Made by a program: the position numbers and the translations under genes. A stretch of DNA of 64,000 nucleotides, from assembly GCA_026914245.1 (NCBI GenBank), contig CP110440.1, forward strand, positions 1,116,001 through 1,180,000. Reading direction: 5' to 3'. How positions within the stretch are numbered: the stretch's first letter is position 1; every line of letters starts with the position of its first letter. This DNA comes from Puccinia triticina. Taxonomy: Eukaryota. Below are positions 49,728 to 61,381 of the stretch, in pieces. Below the pieces are notes generated by a model, which was not told the origin of the DNA, ran no database searches, and worked only from the letters and a program-made list of their open reading frames with translations.

Positions 49728-52700
49728 ATGCAGCAAGCCCAACAGCCGAACCCAAACCAACCGCTGCCTCCAGGCTGGGCTGCTCACTGGTCAGTCTCTC
49801 CCAGCAATCAGGAAAAGGCTATCTATCAGCAGCTAATCTCCCTTTCGGCGACCATCTAGGGATGCAGCATCCGCACGCACCGTCTTCGTTGGTGAGTCGC
49901 TCAGCCATCAGATCCGTATATTGTGTATGGTTCCTGTGATCAAGACCTCCAGCTGATAGATGTGCTCGCAGAAACCGCTACCGGCCGTTCCCAGCTCAAT
50001 CCACCCATCATGAACGCGGCCCCCCCTCAAGCTTATCAACAGCAGCAGACACCGGGCTACCAGTATCCTCAGCAGCAAGCCTCCAACGGTCTCGGGGGTA
50101 ACAACCTCCCTCAAACACCACCCCCACCCCCAGGCCCCAGTGCTGGGGTCCAGCCACCCAAGGCCAAGCGGGTCTATGCTGCAAACCAAGCACAAGCTTA
50201 TTATGGCGGCGATGGCGCTGGTCCGCCTCCGATCGATAATCAGTCATACCAGCAGGGAAACCCAGCCGCCTCAGCCCAATTCACGCCTGCCGGCAACAGC
50301 TTCTTCACGCCTGGCCAACCTCAGATCGGCCAGCCTCCAGCCCCTCTTCCCAATCAGGCCTTCCAACCAACACCTTATGACCATCAACAACAGCAGGGCT
50401 CTCATTATCCTCAGCAACCTCAGTATGCTGGCCCAGCCAACCCTCAATCTTATGCCGACCCAGTCGGTGACTTATCCCAGCAGTTTCAAGGCATGGGTAT
50501 GGGTCAGAAACCTGTCCGTCTCCAACATCCGTATTCCATTCTCTCGTCTGCAATCTAAAGATCTCTCATCCTTATTTTCTCTAAGGTGGGAAGAGGGCTT
50601 CTTCGCGGATCGCACTGATTTCTGTTCTTGTTCTTCAGTACTCATTCTCAACAGTCAACCTGGTCGGCATGGTCCCAAACCCTCAGCTGCTCCAAACCCC
50701 ACCCCCCGCCATCAGATTGCCGCCTGGGGTGCGTTGTCCATCTCAATTCTTGTTTAGATCGGAGGAGGGGTGGCTAACATGACGATCAAACAGGTCTGTA
50801 TCACTCAAAATCCACTAGCAAACTCGGACCCATCCTACCAACGCTGTACGATGAACGCCATTCCGACCTCGGAAGGCCTGCTGAAGAAATCCAAGATCCC
50901 ACTTGCATTGATCATCACACCCTACCGATCGATCCAGGCCGGCGAGCCCGAAGTGCCTGTGATCACCGACACCGTCATCGCCCGTTGTCGTCGATGTCGG
51001 ACGTACATCAACCCTTATGTGACCTTCATCGAGGGCGGCACCCGATGGAAATGTTGTATGTGCAACCTCAGTAACGAAGTCCCCCAGCTCTTTGATTTCG
51101 ATCGGCAGACCAACCAGCCCGCCGATCGGTGGCAACGAGCCGAGCTTAACCACAGCGTCGTCGAATTTGTCGCTCCGACAGAATACATGGTATGTCCCGA
51201 GAAGAGCCATGATGAACAAAACCGTCGTATCATCTCTCACCCTCTCTCTCTTCTGCCTCCCAGGTTCGCCCTCCTCAAGCCCCGACTTATGTCTTCTTGA
51301 TCGACGTCTCCTACGCCGCCGTCTCTTCCGGAATGGTAGCAACCGCCGCACGGACACTATTAGAAACCCTCGACCGAATCCCCAACGAAGAGAGTCGCAC
51401 CCGGATCGCGATCATCGCCGTCGACAGCTCGTTACATTTCTTTTCACTGACCGTGCGCCTTCTTTTACTCACCTCTAATCGCAGTCCGGTTACGTTTTCT
51501 TACGTCTAAGTTCACTTCATCTACCATTTTATTTAGGCAAACAGCTCAGAGCCTAGTATGCTCGTCGTTGGCGACGTCGACGATGTCTTCTTGCCCATGG
51601 CTTCCGACCTTTTGGTCAACTTGACTGAGACTAGACCCGCGATTGAGACCCTTGCCACAAAACTGAATGACATGTTCAAGGACTCGCATTGTATGGGCAA
51701 CGCCATGGGCCCAGCTCTCCAGGCAGCCTACAAGTTGATCGTCAGTTGCTCTACTCTTCCCATGCCCCCTTCACACATAAACTGACTGTCACCATGGATT
51801 CTGCACAAAGTCGCACATCGGAGGGAAGATCATGGTTCTGAGTGCCAGTTTACCATCGTTGGGACCGGGGGCACTGAAAGCGCGGGAAGATCCGAAAGTG
51901 CTGGGGACGTCGAAGGAGTCGAGTCTGCTCCAAGCGGCCACGGGATTCTACAAGAGCTTCGCCATAGACTGTTCTCGCTCCCAAGTCTCCGTCGACATGT
52001 GGCTCTTCTCCTCGGTCTATGCCGACGTCGCCTCTCTGAGCTGCTTGCCCCGTTACACCGGCGGGAATACCTACTTCTATCCCGCCTTTAATGCCGCTAG
52101 GGCCGAGGATGCCCTCAAATTTGCGCACGAATTCGGCCAGGTCCTTGCTAGCCCAATCGCCTTGGAGGCTGTCATGCGCGTTCGGGCTTCCCGAGGTAAA
52201 TTGGAAACTTCGCGATTGTTAATCTCTCTTTGAGACTCATCGCTTCTCTTTGCGGCCATCTAGGTATCCGTCTATCCGCCTTCCATGGCAATTTCTTTGT
52301 TCGTTCCACAGATCTTTTGGCTCTGCCAGCGGTCCCGATGGACCAATCGTATGCAATCGAGCTGCTGATGTGAGTGCGGCTGCTTAATATGGGGGTGGTA
52401 TCTCAGAGGGATGACCAGGCTGATTGTTTGAATTATTTGCCAGAGAGGACCCGATCAGCATGCCCTTCGTGGTCTTCCAGACCGGAGTGCTGCACACCAC
52501 CTCTTCGGGCGAGCGACGAATCCGGGTGATTACAACGGCGTTGCCGACGACAAGCAGCATTGCCGACCTCTATGCCACTGCCGACCCTGTGGCTATTGCC
52601 ACCCTCTTGGCTAATAAGGCCGTCGAAAGGTCCATGCAGGCTAGATTGGAAGACGCAAGAGACGCAGTGACTAATAAATTGGTCGATATCCTTGGAAGTC

Positions 52701-53843
52701 TGTCCTCCCTTCCCTTGACTCTCTCTCTCACCAAATTCATGGAAATATTAACGAGTTTTTTGGTTTCCTCTCATTCGATCATAGCTTACAAGGCCACAAT
52801 GACTGCCGCCGGTACTGGTCCTAGTCCCCAATTGGTCATCAGCGAAAACTTGAAGATCTTACCGCTCCTACTACTAGGCTTACTGAAACATGTATGTACC
52901 ACCTTTTGTTGACGAACATTGTGTTCACATGACTAACGTTGATGTGGAGCGGTGGTGAATGCAGGTGGGATTAAGACAGTCATCGCAGATACCTAGTGAT
53001 GTGAGGGCTTACGCTCAAGCCTTGTTGACGACATTGCCGTGCCAATTACTTGTGCCGTACTTATATCCCACGTTGTATTCCCTGCACAACATGCCGAAAG
53101 AGGTAAGCCCGCCTTCTTTTGTCATAGTTGTGTTCGATCGAGATGCCTGATTGGTTCTCTTGTGGTGTTTGTTTGTTCAGTGTGGGACGGTGGGCGAGCA
53201 AGGCGTGATCCTGCCCCCTCAGTTGAACGCCTCGAGCGAGAAGCTCGAACGTCATGGCCTCTTCCTAATCGAGGACTCGCAGAATATCTTCCTCTGGGTC
53301 GGCCGTGAGGCCGTGCCTCAACTAGTGACCGACGTCTTCGACCTCCCCAATTACCAGGCGTTACGTGGCGGCAAGGTCCGTCCTGCCCCCCCTTCAACTC
53401 CTCTTTCCATCCCACCATTGCTTATGTGTATCTATGTTTTTTTTTCTCTTCCTCTTTGGATTGGATTGGGGTGATAGGCGACGCTCCCATTACTAGAGAA
53501 CCAATTCTCTCAACGAGTCAATGCGATCATCGGCAAGATCAGAGAATCCAGACGGGGCCCGTACTATCCCCATCTCTATGTGGTCAAGGAGGACGGGGAA
53601 CCGTCGCTCCGGATCTGGGCGCTCAGCTTGCTCGTCGAAGATCGTCAGGACGCCCTGCCTAGTTATCACCAATACGTCAATGCTCTCAAGGATAAGGTTC
53701 GTCTCTTGTTCCTGCTTTTTTGGGGCGCGGGGGGCAGCAGTTAGCATCCGTTTGCTGATTCTTGCTGTTTCGTTTCACTTCTTTTCCCTGGTTTGCTTCG
53801 TTCACGTCTTGGTTCTCATCAGGTTAATGGCGGCTCTTTTTAA
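49728..53843 (+). CDS. SEC24: COPII coat subunit Sec24, multi-exon
   Basis: P/Q-rich N-terminus; zinc finger [12 protein letters not shown]...WKCCMC; vWA trunk [24 protein letters not shown]; gelsolin-like FLWVGR. Last exon VNGGSF* ends at 53843. Confidence 0.95.
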
Positions 53844-54489
53844 TCCATTTTTAACGACAAACGAAAAGTGTTATTGCAATCAAGTTTCTTCTTTGTGTGT
53901 TTTGTCTTCTCTCTCTCTCTCTCTCTCGAACTCTGCCTCGTCTTTGCGTTCTTTCTACTCCCTTTTTCGTCGGTTTTTGTTTCTTATGATCAAGTTATGA
54001 GCTTTTCTTCTTCCATTTCAGTGTTTTCTGTTGGTGTGCTTGGTTTGTTTGTTGGCGGTGATCTCCATCCAAAATATACATCCTATCTCGTTTCTTATGT
54101 GTGACAGATATATAGATAGATTGAAAGAACAAATTCCCTATGAAGAAAAAAAGAAAGAGAAAGACTTGCTTGACCAGTTGATATGTGGGATGATGCTCTG
54201 GCATATATATGTTGTTGGGACTCCACCTGGATGCATGACCATTTTTGTTGCACAGTGACTTTGAGAAAGGGTTGAGTAACCCACTTAGCAGTCTCTATGT
54301 GCCAACTGTAAGCAAGTTTCTTTGCTGTAGTGAAAGAAATCTCATTGATTTTAGAAACCAATTGAGGAGTCTGAGAGAGGGGCGCAGAGCAGCAATTGCC
54401 CTGCTCACAATGGGAACTTCAATTGTAATTTTAACAGGTTTATGTATGCATAAAATCCCATACATATACTGATTTTCCATCAAGACTTA

Positions 54490-54694
54490 GGGCCTGTACC
54501 ATAGGGCATGAAAATTGAAATTTTTCAAATTTATTTCTCCCAAAATTTCTTAGAAATAAAACTGACCTTGGCCAAAATTCAGTCCTGAGCCCAAATGTGA
54601 AGAATTTCAACAATGGGACCCTCCTCTAGTTTTCACTTTTTCTGTAGAGGGCAACAAAAGTAAGAAATTTTCCAAATTGAAGCACTACAGGCCC
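54490..54694. mobile_element. PIF/Harbinger (Tourist-like) MITE
   Basis: TTA|GGGCCTGTA...TACAGGCCC|TTA; 205 bp, AT-rich. Confidence 0.7.
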
Positions 54695-54887
54695 TTATTA
54701 GCTGTTTACATTCCAGAATAACTTGGAAATGTTGTTAAATCTTAGGCCTCAATTTGGTGCACTGTTATATGTCATAAATGGCTGGGCAAGTTTATAAGGC
54801 ACAACCCCAAGATTTCTTGTCACCAAATCTCTAAGACCCCTGGGAGTCATGCATCAGCAGTCCACCCATTTATGATTTATGTATAAT

Positions 54888-55068
54888 TATGGTGTTCAAA
54901 GTTGGTTTGCATAATTTTATGCATGCATAAATCATAAAATCATAAAAACCTTTTTGCAGGGGCTAAGACTGTCTGATTATGTAATACAAAATTTCCTCAC
55001 CAAAATATTCTTATGATTGTATGATTTATGCATGCATAAAATTATGCAAACCAACTTTGAACACCATA
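54888..55068. mobile_element. 181-bp MITE with ~50-bp near-perfect TIRs and AAT TSD
   Basis: TATGGTGTTCAAAGTTGGTTTGCATAATTTTATGCATGCATAAATCATA and its reverse complement; AAT on both flanks. Confidence 0.78.
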
Positions 55069-56064
55069 AATGGCATGTCCAAACGGGGGCTTGAGGATGA
55101 ATGGCATAAAGTTGGAGTTGGAGTCTCAATAAGAACTGGGCCAATTACAAATATGTGCATGTATATGAAGTACCATGGATCCATCTTGATTAAATGTTCA
55201 TGTTTACTTGAATTTGCCACTTTCTGCTATCTTGTTTTTCTGATCCTTACTTCTTCCTGCTTGGGTAGTGAAAGTCAATGGTTTGTTTTCTGGACTCTTA
55301 CATAAATAGTTGGGAGTTGAAATAAGCTTGATGGCTTGGCTTCTACCCCGCAGTCATTTTTGGCCGTTTATTGGGTAACACGGCCATACGCCAAGCCATT
55401 GGTTTTCCGTGCCAGCCCCCCCCCCCAGCGGGGATGATGTCATATCAACAGCTACGTCGTTTCCTCTTTGAAATACATAGTTGTTGAAGGGGTGCATACG
55501 TACCTGTCTGTTTCGCCCGCCACCCCCGAAATACATACGGCAGTCCATCGTGCAAGCCGATTTGAAACGCTTCTATATGTACAGTGAATTGATCAGCTGG
55601 AGAGCCTTTTCGCACGCCTCGTGTTTTTTTCTGTTGGCCGGCTGTCGCGTGTCGACCCCGATGCCTAAAGCGTTGTTGTTGGTTTTTTTGGAGGCGAGGA
55701 TAAGCTGGTTCGCGTGGGTGCGGCATGTCAGTGTTTCTTTTGGGTAAGCTTCTTTTGTGCAGGGAGCGGATCGATGGATTGGAGATGGAAGCTGTCAGTG
55801 TGAGCGGCCAGTTGAGCTGGCTGGCTGGCTGGGAGTGGCGAGTGTTCCGATTGGGATGAACCCAGTCTAGGCTGAGTCAGCTCAGACGCTGTATGTAAGT
55901 CCATAGCGCTGGATGTCTAAGTCCATGGCTTTGTCCGTTTTCCTTTCCTTTCCTTTCCTTTCCTTTCCTTCTCCCTCCGCGGCTTCTTTTCCGTTTCGCT
56001 TTCTCTCCAGAACCAGATGACCCCCATCCCCCTCCCATCCTCCTGACTTCCTATCTATCCCACC

Positions 56065-57158
56065 ATGACCGCACTCCACTCACCCTCGCTGAGTGTCAAC
56101 ACCCACCTCAGCAACACCCACAAACCCACCGACAACAGACTCACAACACCCATCAAGCAGCAGGCACTCGCCCGGAGCCAGCGACAGCCCAGCGCAAAGC
56201 CAACAGCCGACCTCAGAACACCCCCCAGCCAGACCACCCACAAATCACCCACCACCACCACCACCCAGAACCCCCCTCCAGCCGGCACGCCCAGCAACCC
56301 TGCACTCGACGGCTCCAAAAAATCAGCCTCAAAGGTCTCCCATGTGATCTGCAAGTTCTTCAAGGTCAGCTCGCGATCTTGCTGATCGTCGAAACCTTCT
56401 TCTGCTGTAGTGCTCATCCCACCCTTTTTTCTCCGCTCGCTGGATTCCTGTACAACTGTACATTCCGATCTGTACATCCTTCTGCATTCTTCGTGCTACC
56501 CCTGCAGGCTGGCAATTGCTCCGCCGGCACCGGCTGCCAGTTTTCTCATACTCTCCCCGAACTCGGCCAAGGCAAACCAGTCTGCCAATGGTTCGTCAAG
56601 GGCAACTGCCGATTTGCGCACAAGTGTGCTCTGGTCAGTCTTCTTCAACCACTGGGCTCTGACCTGTGTATTATCAAACTCATCTCTCATACATCTTCTC
56701 TCACTCCGCAGGCCCACATCCTCCCCGGCCAGCCCATGTCGATGGATCGGAAAAACAAACGGGCTGCCCAGGCTGCCGCTCGCGAAGCTGCCGCCACCTC
56801 CGCCAATCAGCCCTCTGACGCCCCTTTCCTAGCCAGCCCACCACCTGAACTCACGCTCGAGCTTGTCGACGATGATAATCATCACTCGTCATCCAATCAC
56901 CTCATCGCCCCCGAACCTATCGACTCGCTCTCCTCTCCTGATGTCATCCACCGATCCCGTCAGCAACTCCTTCGCTCGCCTCGCGCCCTTCTCAACGATC
57001 TCGACCACGAGAACTCGATCCAAAACGACGATCTGCAATTCGGATTGCCCGACGACTTCGTCACTGCTGAGACCTCCCCGCCCGTTCGTTTTGGCGCCAC
57101 GGCTCTGTCGCCCTCTGCCCACCATTCCAACGGGTTGTATCCCAACACCTACCAAGCC

Positions 57159-57199
<41 letters not shown>

Positions 57200-58397
57200 C
57201 TCGTATGCTGATCCGCGACAACATCGCTATTACGAACACCGTCCCGCCGCACTCTCGGGCACCCCTCAACAACAGAACGGCTTCTCCTCTGAGCGCCATC
57301 ACCCGCCCAGCTCTGTCGAGCGAGCCCGAGCGTGGCCCCGTGAGCAGAGCCCATCTCCCTTCGGCGCTGGCTCGCCCTTCTCAGCCCCGGGCTCTCGCAG
57401 CGTCTTCCTCCCGCGAATCGGCTCGTTTGGGTCGGAGGATGGCTATCCCCGAAGCGCCCCGTCGGTTGCCACCAGTCCCAATCACCTCGCCCACCTGGCG
57501 AGCATGAGCCATCACGCAAACGACGAAGACATGTGGGACGAGGTGGAAGTGGATGGGGACGAGGACGTGACGGAGCTCTTGCCCTCCTCGTTGCACTCGC
57601 TCCTCACCCCCGCCGAGCGACACCGCCAACACATCCGCAAACATGCCCCACACACCTTGTACTCGCGCTCGGTGCCGGTCGAAGACATCATCGGTGCCAA
57701 GCTCAACAAGCAGAGCGAGCCCAGTGCGCTCCGGAACGGCATGGCGATCGCCAATCCGCTCTCGGTCTCTCCCGCGCCGGGCTTCTGCCACGCGCCCTCC
57801 AACGAGACCATCCACGCCGCGCACCACCACCTGTCGCCGCACCGCGAGGCCCACAGCCTGCGCCCGCAGCTCCCCACCTACCTCTCCTCGTCCTACATTC
57901 CGCCCAGCACGCCCTTCGGCACCTGGGACCACAGCAGCAGCAGCGGCAGCAGCCACCAAGCCCCGCACGCCCACGCCGCGCCCCAAGCCAGTCAGCTGTC
58001 GCCCCCGATCGCCCTCTCGTCCCACAAAGCCCTCGAACGCGCCGCCCTCTTCGGCCATGCCCCCGGCTCCAGTCTCCCCCAGGGCCTGGCCGCCGGCCTC
58101 TCCCGGCTCCACTTCCAGCCGCCCCTGCCCACCGGGCTCACTCCCTGCGGCTCCCCCTCGGCCAACCCCCGCGACCACCCCCTCTCCCCGCCCCGCTCGC
58201 CCCCCTCCATCAACAACAAGTTCCACGCCCCTCCCCCCTCCTTCCCGCTCTCCCAACGCATGGCCGGCCTCAACTTCGGATCCACTACCGTCGCCCATTT
58301 GTCTCCCCTCAGTCGCAACGTCAGCTGCTCCCCCGGGCCCCTCGCTTCCCTGCAAGCTCTCGACGACGACGACGCCCCTTTCAGATTGGAAATGTAA
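56065..58397 (+). CDS. Tandem CCCH zinc-finger protein (Cps3/Lee1-like), three exons, low-complexity C-terminus
   Basis: HVICKFFK|AGNCSAGTGCQFSH...VCQWFVKGNCRFAHKCAL|AHILPGQPMSMDRKNK; later ELLPSSLHSLLTP and APGSSLPQGLAAGLSRLH. Confidence 0.85.
57159..57200 (+). repeat. (AAC)14 microsatellite encoding poly-Asn
   Basis: Directly visible within the CCCH gene. Confidence 0.9.
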
Positions 58398-59369
58398 CAG
58401 TCCGAATCACGCTTATCAAAAATGCTCTCATGAATCCCATGAACACTTCTCTCTCTCTCTCTCTTATCGTAGATCTTTGTACTTTATCTGCCTTCTCTCT
58501 TCGCCTCTTTGACCGGAGCTCGTTCTCGCGCATGACATTCTCGCTCTACACAACATACACACCAACAAAAACCGACGTGCATCTGCTTTTCTCTTTTCCT
58601 GCCTCGACTACAGACACTTTCTCGCTGCCTCACTACCTCATCCTCCACACAAAAAAGAACTCACCCAACAAAAAAAAAGATGAAAAAATACGCGGTCTCG
58701 TTCATCTCCTGACCACCATAAAAAAGCCAAAAATATACTGTTTACATGTAATACACTAGCATCGAGACACATCACAAAAGAGTTTACACTTATCTTAGCA
58801 TCCTTCTTTCTCTCCTTCTCAGTACCATCGCTCAGTCACTTCATGTACGTATATACGATAGCTTAGTCTTATTTGCCGTTCAGTGCCGCCGTTTAAGTTT
58901 ATCTTCCCGCCCCATTCTCTATGCTCCTTTTGCCACGTGTTGTTGTTAGTCTTACATCTTTTGTGCGTCTGAAATACACTTTTCGTCGGTGCAGGCGGCC
59001 TGTCCTGCACATATATCGCCGCCGATCGGCCCCTGTGTCATCACTTGCACGCACTGCTGGTGCCGATCAGCCCTGCGCATGAGCTGGTGTAGCTTGTTTT
59101 GCTGGTTTTGCCAGTGATCGAGCACTTTGGTGGCGACCCCTGGATGGCTGGGGGTCCCTCTCAGGGAACTTGGCGTCCCCCTCGTCTGCCAAGATTGCCG
59201 GTGTGTATTGCGGTGTCGCGTGGCCGGTGCATACCGCTCTGCGTCTCTCATGCATATCACCCGACACAAGCTCTCCCTTGTTGCTCACACTTACCTGTGT
59301 TTCTGGGACAATACACAGTGTTGAAGTGGGGGCAGACACAAACGGATGGTTTTCATTTGCACAGAGAGA

Positions 59370-59399
<30 letters not shown>

Positions 59400-59401
<2 letters not shown>

Positions 59402-61381
59402 AGAGGTCGAAGATGACGATCTCGTGCTGGGAGAGGACGAAGACAGAGAGGGGGGAGTCCGGCTCGGGCCCCTGGATGGCACAGATGCCGAGCAGGGCGG
59501 GGTTGGGGAGGGGGGAAGAGGTAGGGAGCGAGATGACCTGTTGGACGGCCTGGGTCTGGGGGCTCGGGGCATGGTGGTAGACGAAGACGGTGGCGAGGGT
59601 GGCGGAGGGGATGGCCGGATGGAGGTGGGCGGCCGGGCGCTCGACGAGCAGGGCGTGTTTGGGCGTGAACAGGCTGCGCCAGATGTGTCGCTTGGACGCG
59701 CCGACGAAGGCTAGCGCCGGGAAGGTCTGCTCGTGGGTCCAGCGGAGCAGGCGCGGGTCGAGGGCCGGGTCTGGGGGCGCGAAGACCAGGCCGTCGATGT
59801 CCGCTTTCACCATCACTCGTGCGTCCTCATCCTCGTCTGCTTCTTCTTCTTCTGGCGAGGAGACGGCTGGAGAGGGATGGGCGACGAGGAGCGGGGTGGC
59901 GATGAGCTCGACGGGCGCGGCGTCCCCGGCCGTCTGCACCCTCCACCCCGCCTCGCTCCCCCCCGTCCCCGGGCTCTGCTCGACTAGCCACGAGACCACC
60001 GTCCCCGTGACCATCACCGGGTCGTCCACGTCGATCTCCAAGTCCATCTCGCCCGCCGTCAACGAGCTCATCGGCTGGCCCGGCCCCTGTCCCGCTGCGC
60101 CACTCGTCGGCGCCCCCGGCGCGCCCAGTCCGCGCCGCGTCGTGCCCGTGCCGTCGTCCGTGTAGCCCGCTAGACACGCGCCCATCGCCTGCGCCTCGTC
60201 CGCCGAGACCGTCTCCATGACCCCGTCGTCGGTCTCGAACACCTGCGGCCACCGCCAGCGCGCCTGCTTCTCCAGCTCGATCGTCAGGGTAGTGCTGCTG
60301 CTGGTCTGTGAGCAGGACTCGAGGTACCAGGTGCACGCGTCGGGCGCGATCGCCGCCCACAGAGCCAGCCGCCTGTCCAGCCCATCATCCCCCCCGGCGA
60401 CGCCGGGCAGCCGGAGCTCCAGGGCGCGCGGATGGAAGCCGATCGCCAGGGCCGGCCGCGCGACCGGGCCTGGGAGACGCGCCACCAGGGTCAGGGCCTC
60501 GGGCGTCTGGGACCAGGTGTATGGGAGGGGTGGGGTGGCGGCAGGGTCTTCTTCGGCGGGGTGGTCTCCGGTGGGGTGGTCTCCGGTGGGGGGGAGGGCG
60601 ACGTAGGCGGCGGTGGAGCGCAGACACCAGCGGCGGCTGGGACGGTGGTAGTGTGCGGCGAGCAGGGGCGCGGTGCCGTGGAGGCGGGCGAGGAGGAGGG
60701 GCTGGATGGCGTGTTGGCCGGCGGGGTCGGCGGGGGCGACGATGCGGATGCGGGCGAGGAGGACGTGGAGGGTGGTGGTGGTGAGGACGGCGTGGAAGGC
60801 GTCGGCGGCCCGGGCGACGGCCACGAGCGCGTGCGGCCCGGGCCCGAAGCCGTGCTCAGCCCGCAGCCCGGCGGCGGCCAGGATGCGCGGCCGGCCCGGG
60901 CACAGGGCCGCCAGGAGGAGCGTGTGGGGCCCGTCGAGCAGCAGCCATGTGTCGGCGGCGGGGCTGAGCGGGAGCGGGCTGTGCGGCTGGGCGAGCGTGA
61001 GGAGGCTCTCGATGCGGGGGTGTTCAGCGCGCGGGTTCTGTGTGTGTGTGAGTGGGTGTGTGTTAGTTCTGTGTTTCTGTTTGTGTGGGGGGTAGTGTGT
61101 GTTACTGACTGCGAGTGTGTGTATGCAGCCTGAGGCCGTGTCCGTCCAGATGAGCTGGCCGGAGTGTTTGTTGAGCGCGAGCTGGTTGGTGTGGCTGGCT
61201 GTCGGCGGCGGCAGGTGCTGGGGCAGGGCGATGGTGCGGATGTGGGCGGGCGTGCTGGGGGGGGTGAGCTGGGCAGGGCGGCCGTCAGTGCGGGCGGGGT
61301 GCGGGTGGTGTCTGGCTGGCTTACTTTGTATGCCGAGAAGCGCGCGTTCAGCAGCTCGCGCCGGGCCGGGAAGCAGTCCAT
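59400..61381 (-). CDS. NUDCD1: NudC domain-containing protein 1 (CS/p23 domain), multi-exon
   Basis: N-terminus MDCFPARRELLNARFSAYK followed by a GTAAGC donor. CS domain PYTWSQT...LWAAIAPDACTW...LTIELEK...RWPQVF. C-terminal HEQTFPALAFVGASKR. Confidence 0.75.
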
